NCBI GenBank assembly: GCA_050183505.1
Contig: JBFXBG010000099.1
Location: 1-14,718, forward strand
Reading direction: 5' to 3'
From: Gemmatimonadales bacterium
Lineage (GTDB): Bacteria > Gemmatimonadota > Gemmatimonadetes > Gemmatimonadales > GWC2-71-9
DNA length: 14,718 bases
Positions 1-7,560 of the stretch are shown here, piece by piece. How positions within the stretch are numbered: the stretch's first letter is position 1; each line of letters begins with the position of its first letter. Both the position numbers and the translations under genes were made by a program. The notes beneath the pieces were generated by a model, which made no database searches, was not told the origin of the DNA, and worked only from the letters and a program-made list of their open reading frames with translations.

Positions 1-1005
1 GGCCGCCTTGGGGAAGCAGGAATTGTCCCGCGGGTCAGGCAGGATCCCCGGGAGCGGGTTCAGCTCGACCACCATCGGGGCGCCGTCGGCGTCGCAGCGG
101 ACATCGACCCGGCACCAGTCGCGGCAATCCAGCGCGCGGTAGGCGGCGAGGGCGGCGGCCTCGATGCGGCGCGCCTGGGTCTCCGGCACCCGCGCAGGGC
201 ACTCGAAGATCTGGAGCGGATGCTCGATGGTGTCCCAGAGCCACTTCGCCTCGTACCCGTAGATCGGGGGCGCCCCGGAAGGCAGGTCGCCAAAGTCCAT
301 GCCGACGATCGGCAGGCAGCGGGCCCGGTCCCCGTTCCCCAGGATCGCCACGGTGTATTCCGGTCCCGGGAGGTAGGTCTCGACCAGGACCGGCTCGTGG
401 TAGGTCTCCAGCAGGTAGCCGACCTGCTGTTCGAGCTGCTTCCGGTCGCGGCAGAGGCTCCGGACCGAGACACCCTTCCCGGACCCCTCAAAGGCCGGCT
501 TGGCGAACAGCGGGAAGGGCAGGGAACAGGTCCTGGCCTGCTCAACCGAGGCAGCCAGGATAAACGGCGCGGTCGGCACACCCCGCACCTGGAGTACCTC
601 CTTGGCCCGGCCCTTGTGCAGGGCGAGGGCGAGCGTGAGCGGATCGGACCCGGTATAGGGGATCCCGAAGAACTCGCAGATCGCCGGGACATGCCCTTCC
701 CGGTTCACCCCGAAGAGTCCCTCGGCAACGTTGAACACCAGATCGGGCCGGGCCGCCTCGAGCTTCATCGGGAACCCGGTGTCCGCCTCGAGCCGGATGA
801 CTTCACCCAGCGGCTGGAGCGCCCGCTCGACCGCGTCGATGGTGGAAGGCTCATCCCACTCGGCGTACAGATCCGGCTGCTCCAGGTCGGACCGGAGCGA
901 GCGGGAAGGGTTGATGTTGTTTGAGGGAGACTCTAGAACCACGCCGGCAGAGGGTGCCGGCGTAAGGGGCTTCAGGTTGAAAGCGAGTCCTATTCGAACG
1001 CTCAA
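1..1005 (-). CDS. D-alanine--D-alanine ligase family ATP-grasp protein (Ddl-like paralog). Partial: C-terminus runs off the window start. Probable TTG start at 1003-1005.
   Basis: Hand translation of the minus strand, in a frame absent from the ORF track because it is incomplete, gives SVRIGLAFNLK...AEWDEPSTIDAVERAL...GIPYTGSDPLTLALALHKGRAKEVL...PLFAKPAFEGSGKGVSV...EPVLVETYLPGPEYTVAILG...YEAKW...FECPA...AYRALDCRDWCRVDV...VVELNPLPG. These are canonical Ddl/ATP-grasp motifs. An in-frame TGA lies just upstream of the TTG. A GAGGA sits 4 nt before the TTG. Confidence 0.75.
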   Translation of the reverse strand, partial: MSVRIGLAFNLKPLTPAPSAGVVLESPSNNINPSRSLRSDLEQPDLYAEWDEPSTIDAVERALQPLGEVIRLEADTGFPMKLEAARPDLVFNVAEGLFGVNREGHVPAICEFFGIPYTGSDPLTLALALHKGRAKEVLQVRGVPTAPFILAASVEQARTCSLPFPLFAKPAFEGSGKGVSVRSLCRDRKQLEQQVGYLLETYHEPVLVETYLPGPEYTVAILGNGDRARCLPIVGMDFGDLPSGAPPIYGYEAKWLWDTIEHPLQIFECPARVPETQARRIEAAALAAYRALDCRDWCRVDVRCDADGAPMVVELNPLPGILPDPRDNSCFPKAA

Positions 1006-1177
1006 ACGATCCTCATCGACGGGTCACCTCGACGCGCGAAGCTAACGACCTGCGTGAGTCACCGCTCTAAAGTAAGAAATGTACGACCGACGAGCAATAG
1101 ATTTTTTCGGATTCTTGGCACGAAATTTCAAACGGAAGGACCGATCGGGGGGAAGCCGGATGGATGGAAGGCCCGCG
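1006..1177 (-). promoter_or_regulatory. Relatively AT-rich spacer between the folA stop and the Ddl-like start. Probable promoter/leader for the ligase gene.
   Basis: Locally low G+C (ctctaaagtaagaaatgtacgaccgacgagcaatagattttttcggattcttggcacgaaatttcaaacgg). Minus-strand TTGAAA...(17)...GAAAAA and TTGCTC...(17)...TACTTT are weak sigma70-like candidates. None is convincing. Confidence 0.3.
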
Positions 1178-1213
1178 TCAGCCTTCCGTCTTTCCATCCT
1201 TCCGTCGTTCCAC
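1166..1213. other. Hairpin GGAAGGC-N8-GCCTTCC enclosing the folA stop codon, followed by CTTCCGTC-type tandem octamers within the folA 3' coding end
   Basis: ggatggatggaaggcccgcgtcagccttccgtctttccatccttccgtcgttccacc. The folA stop (tca at 1178-1180) lies in the loop. Confidence 0.35.
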
Positions 1214-1693
1214 CCGCTCATAGGTCCGGAAGGTGAACGAATGCTCGTGCCGTTCGTCCGCCGGGTGGAAGCGCTCGGCGGTCAGGACCCAGTCGGCAGG
1301 TTCGAAGTCGGGGAAGGTGGTATCGCCCGGGACCCGGGCGTGCACGACGGTGAGCTCCAGCCGGTCGGCCACCGGCAGGGCGGCACGGTACAGCTCGCCG
1401 CCGCCCAGGACGAAGACCAGCTCGGCCGGCCGGGCCAGCGCCAGGGCAGCGGGAAGGTCCCGGGCCACCTCGACCCCGGCGGGATGGAACCGGGGGTTGC
1501 GGGAAACCACGATGCACCGGCGCTCGGGAAGCGGCTTGCCCACCGACTGCCAGGTCTTCCGGCCCATGATCACGGTGTGGCCCGTGGTCATGGCCTTGAA
1601 CCGCCGCAGGTCGTCCGGGAGGTGCCAGGGCAGGTCGTTCTCCCGGCCGATCACCCCGTTCTCGGCCACCGCGGCGACCAGGCTGACGATCAT
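1178..1693 (-). CDS. folA: Dihydrofolate reductase
   Basis: 171 aa. [48 protein letters not shown]...LGGGELY matches the DHFR signature region. Overlaps thyA by 4 nt (ATGA), the classic thyA-folA arrangement. Confidence 0.95.
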   Translation of the reverse strand: MIVSLVAAVAENGVIGRENDLPWHLPDDLRRFKAMTTGHTVIMGRKTWQSVGKPLPERRCIVVSRNPRFHPAGVEVARDLPAALALARPAELVFVLGGGELYRAALPVADRLELTVVHARVPGDTTFPDFEPADWVLTAERFHPADERHEHSFTFRTYERVERRKDGKTEG

Positions 1694-2484
1694 ACCGCGA
1701 TGGCGGCGGGGATCCGGGGGTGGGGCGAGTAGTTCTCCAGGGTGAAGTCCTCGAACTGGAAATCGAACAGGGACGTCACCCCCGGATTGAGCCGCAGGGT
1801 GGGCAGGGGGCGGGGATCCCGGGTCAACTGCAGCCGGGCCGCCTCGAGGTGGTTCTGATAGAGGTGGGCATCCCCGAAGGTATGGATGAACTCACCCGGC
1901 TCGAGCCCGCTCACCTGGGCCACCATCATGGTCAGGAGCGAGTAGGAGGCGATGTTGAACGGAACGCCCAGGAATACATCGGCGCTCCGCTGATACAACT
2001 GGCAGGAGAGGCGGCCGTCGGCAACGTAGAACTGGAAGAGGGCATGGCAGGGAGCCAGCGCCATCGCGGGGATCTCGGCGACGTTCCAGGCGCTGACGAT
2101 AAGCCGCCGGCTGACGGGGTCGGTCCGGATCTGGTCGAGGACCAGCCTGATCTGATCGATGTGCCGGCCATCGGGCGCGGGCCAGGAACGCCACTGCCGG
2201 CCGTAGACCGGACCCAGGTCGCCCGACTCATCCGCCCATTCATCCCAGATCGTCACGCCGTGATCGTTGAGATACCGGACGTTGGTATCCCCCTTGAGGA
2301 ACCACAGCAGCTCGTAGATGATCGACTTGAGATGGAGCTTCTTGGTGGTGACCAGCGGGAATCCCCGGGCCAGATCGAACCGCATCTGGTGGCCGAATAC
2401 GCTCAGGGTCCCCGTCCCGGTACGGTCGGCCCTGGGCCGGCCCTGATCCAGGATGTGGCGCATGAGGGAGAGGTACTGGCGCAT
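1690..2484 (-). CDS. thyA: Thymidylate synthase
   Basis: 264 aa. [85 protein letters not shown] is near-identical in motif content to ThyA, including the active-site PCH. Confidence 0.97.
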   Translation of the reverse strand: MRQYLSLMRHILDQGRPRADRTGTGTLSVFGHQMRFDLARGFPLVTTKKLHLKSIIYELLWFLKGDTNVRYLNDHGVTIWDEWADESGDLGPVYGRQWRSWPAPDGRHIDQIRLVLDQIRTDPVSRRLIVSAWNVAEIPAMALAPCHALFQFYVADGRLSCQLYQRSADVFLGVPFNIASYSLLTMMVAQVSGLEPGEFIHTFGDAHLYQNHLEAARLQLTRDPRPLPTLRLNPGVTSLFDFQFEDFTLENYSPHPRIPAAIAV

Positions 2485-2521
2485 GGGACTAATCTAAGGC
2501 GATGCCGGGGAATTGCAGTAT

Positions 2522-2666
2522 GGGATGATTGGGTGATTGGATGATTGGGGATTGGATGATTTGGTAGACCGCGGCCTTCCGCGAGGACTGCGCACCTCGC
2601 CAGCGTGCAAACCATGACCAATCATCCAATCCCCAATCATCCAATCACCCAATTCCAAATCATCCC
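2522..2666. repeat. Intercistronic inverted-repeat element A (TGATTGGA/GGATTGG octamer type). Arms about 2522-2564 and 2618-2666, roughly 90% complementary. A 53-nt centre contains the mini-hairpin GCGAGG-N8-CCTCGC.
   Basis: Read directly. Left arm gggatgattgggtgattggatgattggggattggatgatttgg. Right arm ccaatcatccaatccccaatcatccaatcacccaattccaaatcatccc. The right arm contains the oxidase stop codon. The left arm ends about 37 nt before the thyA ATG. Confidence 0.85.
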
Positions 2667-4291
2667 TTGTCCTCTCCCGCCAACCCCAGCCGGTCCGTTC
2701 GGTAGCCGCCTCTCTTCTCGATCTCCCGCAGGGCAGCCGCGATGTCGTCCGGAATCGGGACGCTCCGGATCCCGGCCTTGAGGTCCGAAACCGGTTCCCG
2801 GGCGTCGGGCAGCATGATCCCCGGGTTGAAGATCCCGGCCGGATCGAAGGCGTCCTTCACCCGGCGGAACAGGCCCATCATCTCCGGCCCGTAGATCCCC
2901 TCCAGATACCTGGCCCGGAGACGGCCGGTGCCATGCTCTCCGGACGGCACCCCGCCGAGGCCGGCCACCAGGCGGGTGACCGAGTCCAGCAGGCGGGCGG
3001 CGTCGTCTTCCCATCCGGGTCGAGTGATATCCGGCAGGATGTTCACGTGGACGTTGCCGTCTCCGGCGTGTCCGAAGATCACGACCGGTATCTCCAGCTC
3101 CGCCGCCGCCTGGCGGACCCCGGCGATGTACTCACCGGTGCGCTGGACCGGGACGCAGCCGTCTTCGATGACCTGAAGCGAGCGTCGGTCCGGCGGGAGA
3201 TCGGCGATGATCGGGCTCGCGGCGTGGCGCAGAGCCCAGAGGCGGCGTTCCTCCTCCGGGGTGATGGCCGTTTCGACGTCGCTCGCCAGGGTGCGCAGCC
3301 GTCGGACGGCGTCACCCACGACTCCCCGGATGGTCCGTGGGTCGGACCCTTCGAACTCGACCAGGAGAATCACCTGACCCGGCAGGCCGGCCACCTCCGC
3401 GGCATGGCCGGGTGAGGCACGGACCAGGTCCAGGAAGCTGCGGTCGAGCAGTTCAAGGGCGGAAGGGCCGAGCGGCAGCAGCGCCTCGACCGCCTCGGTC
3501 AGATCGTCGAGCCGGGCCAGAGACACACGAAGGCCGGCGCGGACTTCGGGGACCCGATCCAGCCGCCATTCGACCTCGGTGACGAAGCCCAGGGTTCCCT
3601 CGGCCCCGATCACCAGGTCGATCAGGTCCCCCGATGCCAGGTATTCCCCCAGAGCATAGCCCGAGGAGTTCTTGCGTACCCGGGGGGTGCGCTGTGCGAC
3701 GAGGGACCGGCCGGCCTGAATGAACGGGTCGGCTTCCGCGAACCGCGCCGTTGCCCCGGAGGCGGGCACCGGCTCGCCCCGGGCCAGTCGGATGGTCTCG
3801 GCGTCGGCGGTCACGAGGGTAAGCGCCGTGACCCACCTGCGCACGCTGCCGTACTTGACGCTGCGGGCACCGGCCGCGTTGGTCGAAACGGCGCCGCCGG
3901 CCGTCGCAAAGGCGCTGCTGGAAGGATCCGGTGGGAGGCGAAGGCCGTCGCGTCCGGCGGCGGTGTTGAGGTCCGCCAGGCGGATGCCGGGGGAGGTGGC
4001 CGCGGAGCGGCGGGCCGGGTCGACGCGCAGCCGGGGGCCGTCCATGGCGGTCAGATCGACCATGACGCCGCCGCCGATATTGTCGCCCGGCATCGCACTG
4101 CCGGCGCCGCGGGGAATCAGCTGTTTGCCCGCCCGGCCTGCCCAGCCGGTCAGGACCAGTACGTCGCTGGTGTCGGCCGGGACGGCGACGGCTTCGGGCA
4201 CCACCCGGTAGATCCCGCCGCCTTCGGCGTAAGCGGCGCGTGCCCGCAGGTCTGTCCGGAACGGGCCGCGGAACCCGGGTGGTGAGGTCAT
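2660..4291 (-). CDS. FAD-linked oxidase, GlcD / D-lactate dehydrogenase family (FAD-binding PCMH domain plus C-terminal oxidase domain)
   Basis: Motifs PRGAGS..GGGV (FAD-binding) and GEHGTG near the C-terminus. Preferred start is ATG at 4289-4291 (MTSPPGF...). It is preceded by the GAAAGGTAAG leader motif shared with other starts in the window. The ORF-track start, GTG at 4378, would add an R/G-rich low-complexity extension overlapping the upstream gene by 32 nt. Confidence 0.85.
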   Translation of the reverse strand: MTSPPGFRGPFRTDLRARAAYAEGGGIYRVVPEAVAVPADTSDVLVLTGWAGRAGKQLIPRGAGSAMPGDNIGGGVMVDLTAMDGPRLRVDPARRSAATSPGIRLADLNTAAGRDGLRLPPDPSSSAFATAGGAVSTNAAGARSVKYGSVRRWVTALTLVTADAETIRLARGEPVPASGATARFAEADPFIQAGRSLVAQRTPRVRKNSSGYALGEYLASGDLIDLVIGAEGTLGFVTEVEWRLDRVPEVRAGLRVSLARLDDLTEAVEALLPLGPSALELLDRSFLDLVRASPGHAAEVAGLPGQVILLVEFEGSDPRTIRGVVGDAVRRLRTLASDVETAITPEEERRLWALRHAASPIIADLPPDRRSLQVIEDGCVPVQRTGEYIAGVRQAAAELEIPVVIFGHAGDGNVHVNILPDITRPGWEDDAARLLDSVTRLVAGLGGVPSGEHGTGRLRARYLEGIYGPEMMGLFRRVKDAFDPAGIFNPGIMLPDAREPVSDLKAGIRSVPIPDDIAAALREIEKRGGYRTDRLGLAGEDKG

Positions 4292-4346
4292 GTAATGAAA
4301 GGTAAGCGGAGCGCCAGAGGCAGATTGCCGCCCCGGTCCTCCGGTC

Positions 4347-4892
4347 CTACCTCGCTCCGGTCTCTCCGTACTCCTCACCCAGCCGCTTGAGAATCTGAGT
4401 CAGCTTCAGGGCCACGGGATGATCGGGAGGGAGCGGCCGGTCCAGTTCGCGGCCGGGCAGGGAGGGATCAGCCAGAAGGCGGTAGACGCCTTCGAGCGTG
4501 ACGATACTGTGGCCCGCCTGGGCCGGGTCGATCCAGGCCCGGACACGGACAACCCTCTGGCCCAGGGGGCGGGCGGTGGTCCGGGCATAGCCGGTGGTAT
4601 CGAACCAGGGAGTCTCGATGTACCCGTCCCGGGTCACGACCTTCTCCACCGGAATGCTGTCGGCCTTGAGCGCATCGGCCAGGGTCGTGGTGGCCGCGGC
4701 GATGGTCAGGTGAACCGGCAGCTGCGTCGCCGCCGGCAACGGCTCGAACGCCGGCCGGGACGTGTACGGCTGACACGCGAGAAGAAGGAGGAGCGGAAGG
4801 ATGCGCCGGAAAGGCAGACGGACCCCGGTGCCCGTCCTGGAGGGGGGGGCTTTCCGCCTTTCCGCCTTTCCGTCCTCCCGCCTAGTCCTCAT
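4347..4892 (-). CDS. Putative lipoprotein with a twin-arginine-like signal: long charged n-region, FRRILPLLLLLAC, lipobox LLAC
   Basis: 181 aa. ATG at 4890-4892. The RR motif is followed by a hydrophobic stretch and a lipobox Cys. The mature part has no motif I recognise. The N-terminal coding region contains a C8 tract and three tandem GCGGAAAG octamers, as read on the minus strand. Confidence 0.65.
   Translation of the reverse strand: MRTRREDGKAERRKAPPSRTGTGVRLPFRRILPLLLLLACQPYTSRPAFEPLPAATQLPVHLTIAAATTTLADALKADSIPVEKVVTRDGYIETPWFDTTGYARTTARPLGQRVVRVRAWIDPAQAGHSIVTLEGVYRLLADPSLPGRELDRPLPPDHPVALKLTQILKRLGEEYGETGAR
4842..4882. repeat. G8 homopolymer (4842-4849) followed by tandem octamers CTTTCCGC x3 plus one degenerate copy (4850-4882)
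   Basis: aggggggggctttccgcctttccgcctttccgtcctcccgcc. On the minus strand it lies in the first 15 codons of the lipoprotein ORF (K A P P S ... RREDGKAERRKA), directly after the DUF2231 stop. Confidence 0.8.
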
Positions 4893-5568
4893 GTGGCGGG
4901 GTTCCGGGGGCGTGGGTGTGGCCGCCCGCCGTGGGTGCGGCGGCGGTGCTGTCCGGCATCCCGTCCACCATGCTGTCGGTCATGGCCGCAGTGGAATCGG
5001 GCATCGCCTGGACCGGTGCGCCGTCGTCATGGTGTTCCTCTCCCTCCTCGTGCTCGTGCCCGAGCGCCCGGTTCCGGACCTCGGCCTCCAGTTCGGCCGT
5101 CGGGATCCCGGCGGCGTGATCGAAGACCATCTCGCCGCCCTCGCGCCCGGTGGCGACCAGGAACCCGGCACCGGCGAGCGCCAGGACCAGCGCGGCGATG
5201 CGCTCTCCGCCGGCCATGGCCCGGCTCCGGAGCAGGTGCCAGAGGGTAAGGAAGCCGAAGATGCCGAGGGTCACGAAGGCCAGTTTCTCATGGGTTTCCA
5301 TGATTTCGTGAATGGCCTGGCCATGCTCGATGGCGTCTTCGGCGCGCAGGCCGGAAAGGACGGCCACTCCGGCGCCGATCGTCCCCAGAATCAGGACCCA
5401 GAACGAGGCGGAGCGGAAGCTTTCCCGGTTCGTCAGGATCGCCAGAACCTCGAAGATGACGAAGGCGGCGAGCAGTGCCGAGGGCAGGTCGTTGAGCATG
5501 GCATGCAACCGGACCGCATCATATCCCAGAAACGAAGCAGCCGCTTCGCCGCCGTGGAGGAAGAGCAT
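4882..5568 (-). CDS. Integral membrane protein, probably DUF2231-like (about 4 TM helices), with an acidic His-rich C-terminal tail
   Basis: 228 aa. Hydrophobic segments LLAAFVIFEVLAIL, FWVLILGTIGAGVAVLSGL, LAFVTLGIFGFLTLWHLL and IAALVLALAGAGFLV. Tail HEHEEGEEHHDD...GHTHAPGTPPHED. An internal MPDSTAA(M/A) duplication. A GGAGTT Shine-Dalgarno lies about 11 nt upstream. The stop overlaps the next gene's start by 11 nt. Confidence 0.7.
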   Translation of the reverse strand: MLFLHGGEAAASFLGYDAVRLHAMLNDLPSALLAAFVIFEVLAILTNRESFRSASFWVLILGTIGAGVAVLSGLRAEDAIEHGQAIHEIMETHEKLAFVTLGIFGFLTLWHLLRSRAMAGGERIAALVLALAGAGFLVATGREGGEMVFDHAAGIPTAELEAEVRNRALGHEHEEGEEHHDDGAPVQAMPDSTAAMTDSMVDGMPDSTAAAPTAGGHTHAPGTPPHED

Positions 5569-5606
5569 GGAATCGAACTCCGATCAGGTGTTGAGAGACG
5601 ATTAGT

Positions 5607-5729
5607 GTATTGGATGATTGGAGGATTGGATGATTGGATGTTTGACCGATCTCATCGTGTGGGAGCGCCCACCGGTGAGCCCGAATCATCTCCCGATCAT
5701 CCAATCCCCAGTCCTCCGATCACTGATCC
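5607..5729. repeat. Intercistronic inverted-repeat element B (ATGATTGG/GGATTGG type). Arms about 5607-5645 and 5683-5729.
   Basis: gtattggatgattggaggattggatgattggatg ... gaatcatctcccgatcatccaatccccagtcctccgatcactgatcc. It sits between the hbd stop (5731) and the DUF2231 start (5568). Confidence 0.8.
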
Positions 5730-5730
5730 A

Positions 5731-6618
5731 CTAGAGGCCCAGGTCCACCGGGGCCGGGGGATTCTGGGAATAGTCGTAGAACCCCTTGCCGCTCTTGCGG
5801 CCGAAGAGGCCCGCCAGGTACATCCGCTTGAGCAGCGGCGGAGGAGCGTAACGGGATTCCCGGTATTCCGCAAACATGATCTCGGCGATCTTGTAGGTCG
5901 TGTCGTTGCCCACGAAATCGAGCAGGGTAAACGGCCCCATGGGGTAGCCGCAGCCGAGCTTCATGCCGTTGTCGATGTCGACAATCGAACCGACGCCGTG
6001 TTCCAGTGCCCGGATGGCGTCCAGCAGGTAGGGGACCAGCAGCAGGTTCACGATGAACCCGGAGTTGTCCTTGGCGGCCACGGCCTGCTTTCCGAGTCCC
6101 CGGGCGAACTTCATCGCGCGATCGAAGGTCTCCGGCGTGGTGGTCACGGTCCGGACCACTTCCACCAGTTGCATCAGGGGCACCGGGTTGAAGAAGTGCA
6201 GCCCGACGAACCGATCGGGCCGTCTGGTTGAGGCGGCCATGGCCGCGATCGTAAGGCTCGACGTGTTGGAGGCGAAGATCGTATGGACCGGGCACATGGC
6301 GTCGAGCTGCTTCCAGAGGTCGTTCTTGAGCTCGAGGTCTTCGGTGATCGCCTCGATGATGATGTCGCAGTCCTTCAGGGCGCCGACATCGGTCACGAAA
6401 CTCAGCCGCCCCAGCGTGGCGTCCTTGTCGGCCGCCTGGAGTTTGCCCTTTTCGACGAACTTCTCCAGTGATTTGACGATGCCGGCCTTGCCCTTGTCGA
6501 GCGGGGCCTGCGCCACTTCCCGCACGATAGTGGTATGTCCCGCAGCGGCGGCGACCTGGGCAATGCCGCTGCCCATCAGGCCGCAACCGAGAACGCCGAC
6601 ACTCTTGATATCTTGCAT
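5731..6618 (-). CDS. hbd: 3-hydroxybutyryl-CoA / 3-hydroxyacyl-CoA dehydrogenase (NAD-binding)
   Basis: 295 aa. N-terminal Rossmann motif VGVLGCGLMGSGIA. The remainder is typical of the 3HCDH N- and C-domains (..IIEAITEDLELK...FFNPVPLMQLVEVV..). The other minus frame, 5720..6586, is a shadow. Confidence 0.95.
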   Translation of the reverse strand: MQDIKSVGVLGCGLMGSGIAQVAAAAGHTTIVREVAQAPLDKGKAGIVKSLEKFVEKGKLQAADKDATLGRLSFVTDVGALKDCDIIIEAITEDLELKNDLWKQLDAMCPVHTIFASNTSSLTIAAMAASTRRPDRFVGLHFFNPVPLMQLVEVVRTVTTTPETFDRAMKFARGLGKQAVAAKDNSGFIVNLLLVPYLLDAIRALEHGVGSIVDIDNGMKLGCGYPMGPFTLLDFVGNDTTYKIAEIMFAEYRESRYAPPPLLKRMYLAGLFGRKSGKGFYDYSQNPPAPVDLGL

Positions 6619-6619
6619 G

Positions 6620-6728
6620 AAAAGAACTCCGATGCTGAGGGTAAGGGTCAGGGGTCAGAAGGGGGCGTGGAGGCTGCTGCGCCCGGCCGTCCTGATGCCT
6701 GATCGCCGGTTCCTGATCCCCGGTTCGA
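6620..6728. repeat. Purine-rich/pyrimidine-rich imperfect inverted repeat G (GTAAGGG/GTCAGGG units against CCTGAT units) between the hypothetical-protein stop and the hbd start
   Basis: catgaaaagaactccgatgctgagggtaagggtcaggggtcagaagggggcg ... ccgtcctgatgcctgatcgccggttcctgatcccc. Complementarity is weaker than in elements A-D. Confidence 0.5.
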
Positions 6729-7559
6729 TTACTTCAGGGCCTTTCGTACTTCTTCCGCAATCAGCCCCATGATGCCGGCCTTCTCCGGCAACTGATGACT
6801 GGGCTTGACGACGCCGCGCTCCAGGTGATCCAGCGGCCGTTCGAGTCCCATCTGCACCCGCGCGGCGACCGGCCGGTAGCGCCGGCCGATTCCCCAGGCG
6901 ATGCCGAAGCCGAAAGGCAGGGGCGCGACGGCAATGAGCAGGAAGGGAGACATCACCGCCAGCGCCGCGCCGGCGGCGACGCCTGCCAGGCTGGCCGCCG
7001 CGGCGCCCCCGATGAAGCTCCCCCGCTCCTTCCTGACCGAGGCGGTGAGCAACACGTTGCAATAGCCCGGCTCCAGGGGGACGATGGTGGCGTTGACCGC
7101 GTCGGTACGGGCCAGCATGAACGGCTTGCGACCGCCGCCCAGCGCCGCCGCCGAGCGCCGCATGGCGGCCTGAAAGCCGCGCAGCGGCTCCCAGGCGAGC
7201 CGGCCCGACTGCTGGCGGGTGATGGTGAGCAGTTCGTTCTCTTCCATCCAGCGCAGCAGACCGTCCTGAATCTCCTCGAGTGTGCCCCGCACGACGCGCT
7301 GGGCGGACACCTGCCCGGGACCGATGGCCCGGTCCCAGAATCCCTCCCCGCCTCCCAGATCCACCCTGGATGTCTCCTCCAGCAACGCCTGCTGCAGATA
7401 CCCCTGCGGTATGCCGACCTCGGTTCCCAGCCGGATCACCTCGTCCGGGGTGAGCACGTCTCCGATGTCCCGCGAGCCGGCCTGCAGCTCCGCGGCGCGC
7501 TTGATGATTCGCTCAAGCGCGGCGCGGTCGATCCGGGCGGGAAGAGGAGAAGGCGGCAT
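6729..7559 (-). CDS. Hypothetical membrane-anchored protein. About 170 aa of soluble N-terminal domain, then two glycine-zipper-like TM helices and a short basic tail.
   Basis: 276 aa. ATG at 7557-7559. The hydrophobic region FIGGAAAASLAGVAAGAALAVMSPFLLIAVAPLPFGFGIAWGIG has small-xxx-small repeats. No family recognised. Lies immediately downstream of the SPFH gene on the same strand. Confidence 0.65.
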   Translation of the reverse strand: MPPSPLPARIDRAALERIIKRAAELQAGSRDIGDVLTPDEVIRLGTEVGIPQGYLQQALLEETSRVDLGGGEGFWDRAIGPGQVSAQRVVRGTLEEIQDGLLRWMEENELLTITRQQSGRLAWEPLRGFQAAMRRSAAALGGGRKPFMLARTDAVNATIVPLEPGYCNVLLTASVRKERGSFIGGAAAASLAGVAAGAALAVMSPFLLIAVAPLPFGFGIAWGIGRRYRPVAARVQMGLERPLDHLERGVVKPSHQLPEKAGIMGLIAEEVRKALK

Positions 7560-7560
7560 G

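Noticed and set aside
1166-1187. Hairpin at the folA stop as an intrinsic terminator
   Set aside because: The stem is only 7 bp. On the transcribed strand no U-tract follows, only a distant UUUGAAAUUU. Kept as a low-confidence structural note.
2522-2666. CRISPR array as an explanation for the tandem short repeats
   Set aside because: The units are 7-8 nt, contiguous, without spacers, and arranged as inverted arms. There is no cas gene in the window.
2660-4378. ORF-track start (GTG at 4378) for the FAD-linked oxidase
   Set aside because: It adds a 29-aa R/G-rich extension and a 32-nt overlap with the upstream lipoprotein gene. The internal ATG at 4291 is preceded by the same GAAAGGTAAG leader seen at other starts in the window. 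The longer start cannot be excluded.
4801-6231. Long plus-strand ORFs in the track (e.g. 4801-6231 at 476 aa, 8736-10028 at 430 aa, 10369-11475 at 368 aa, 1720-2544, 220-924, 7928-8656)
   Set aside because: Their translations are low-complexity Arg/Gly/Pro/Asp/Glu-rich with no recognisable motifs. Each is fully antisense to a minus-strand gene with clear homology (hbd and the membrane protein, thiolase, the dehydrogenase, thyA, the Ddl-like ligase, SPFH). These are the usual shadow ORFs of GC-rich DNA.
5720-6586. Alternative minus-strand ORF, 288 aa, overlapping hbd in another frame
   Set aside because: Its Arg/Gly-rich translation has no homology signal. The co-located 5731-6618 frame gives a textbook 3-hydroxyacyl-CoA dehydrogenase.
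6716-6731. tRNA T-arm-like string CCGGTTCGATT
   Set aside because: No matching acceptor, D or anticodon stems around it. It lies in the repeat arm and 3' end of a CDS. Not a tRNA.
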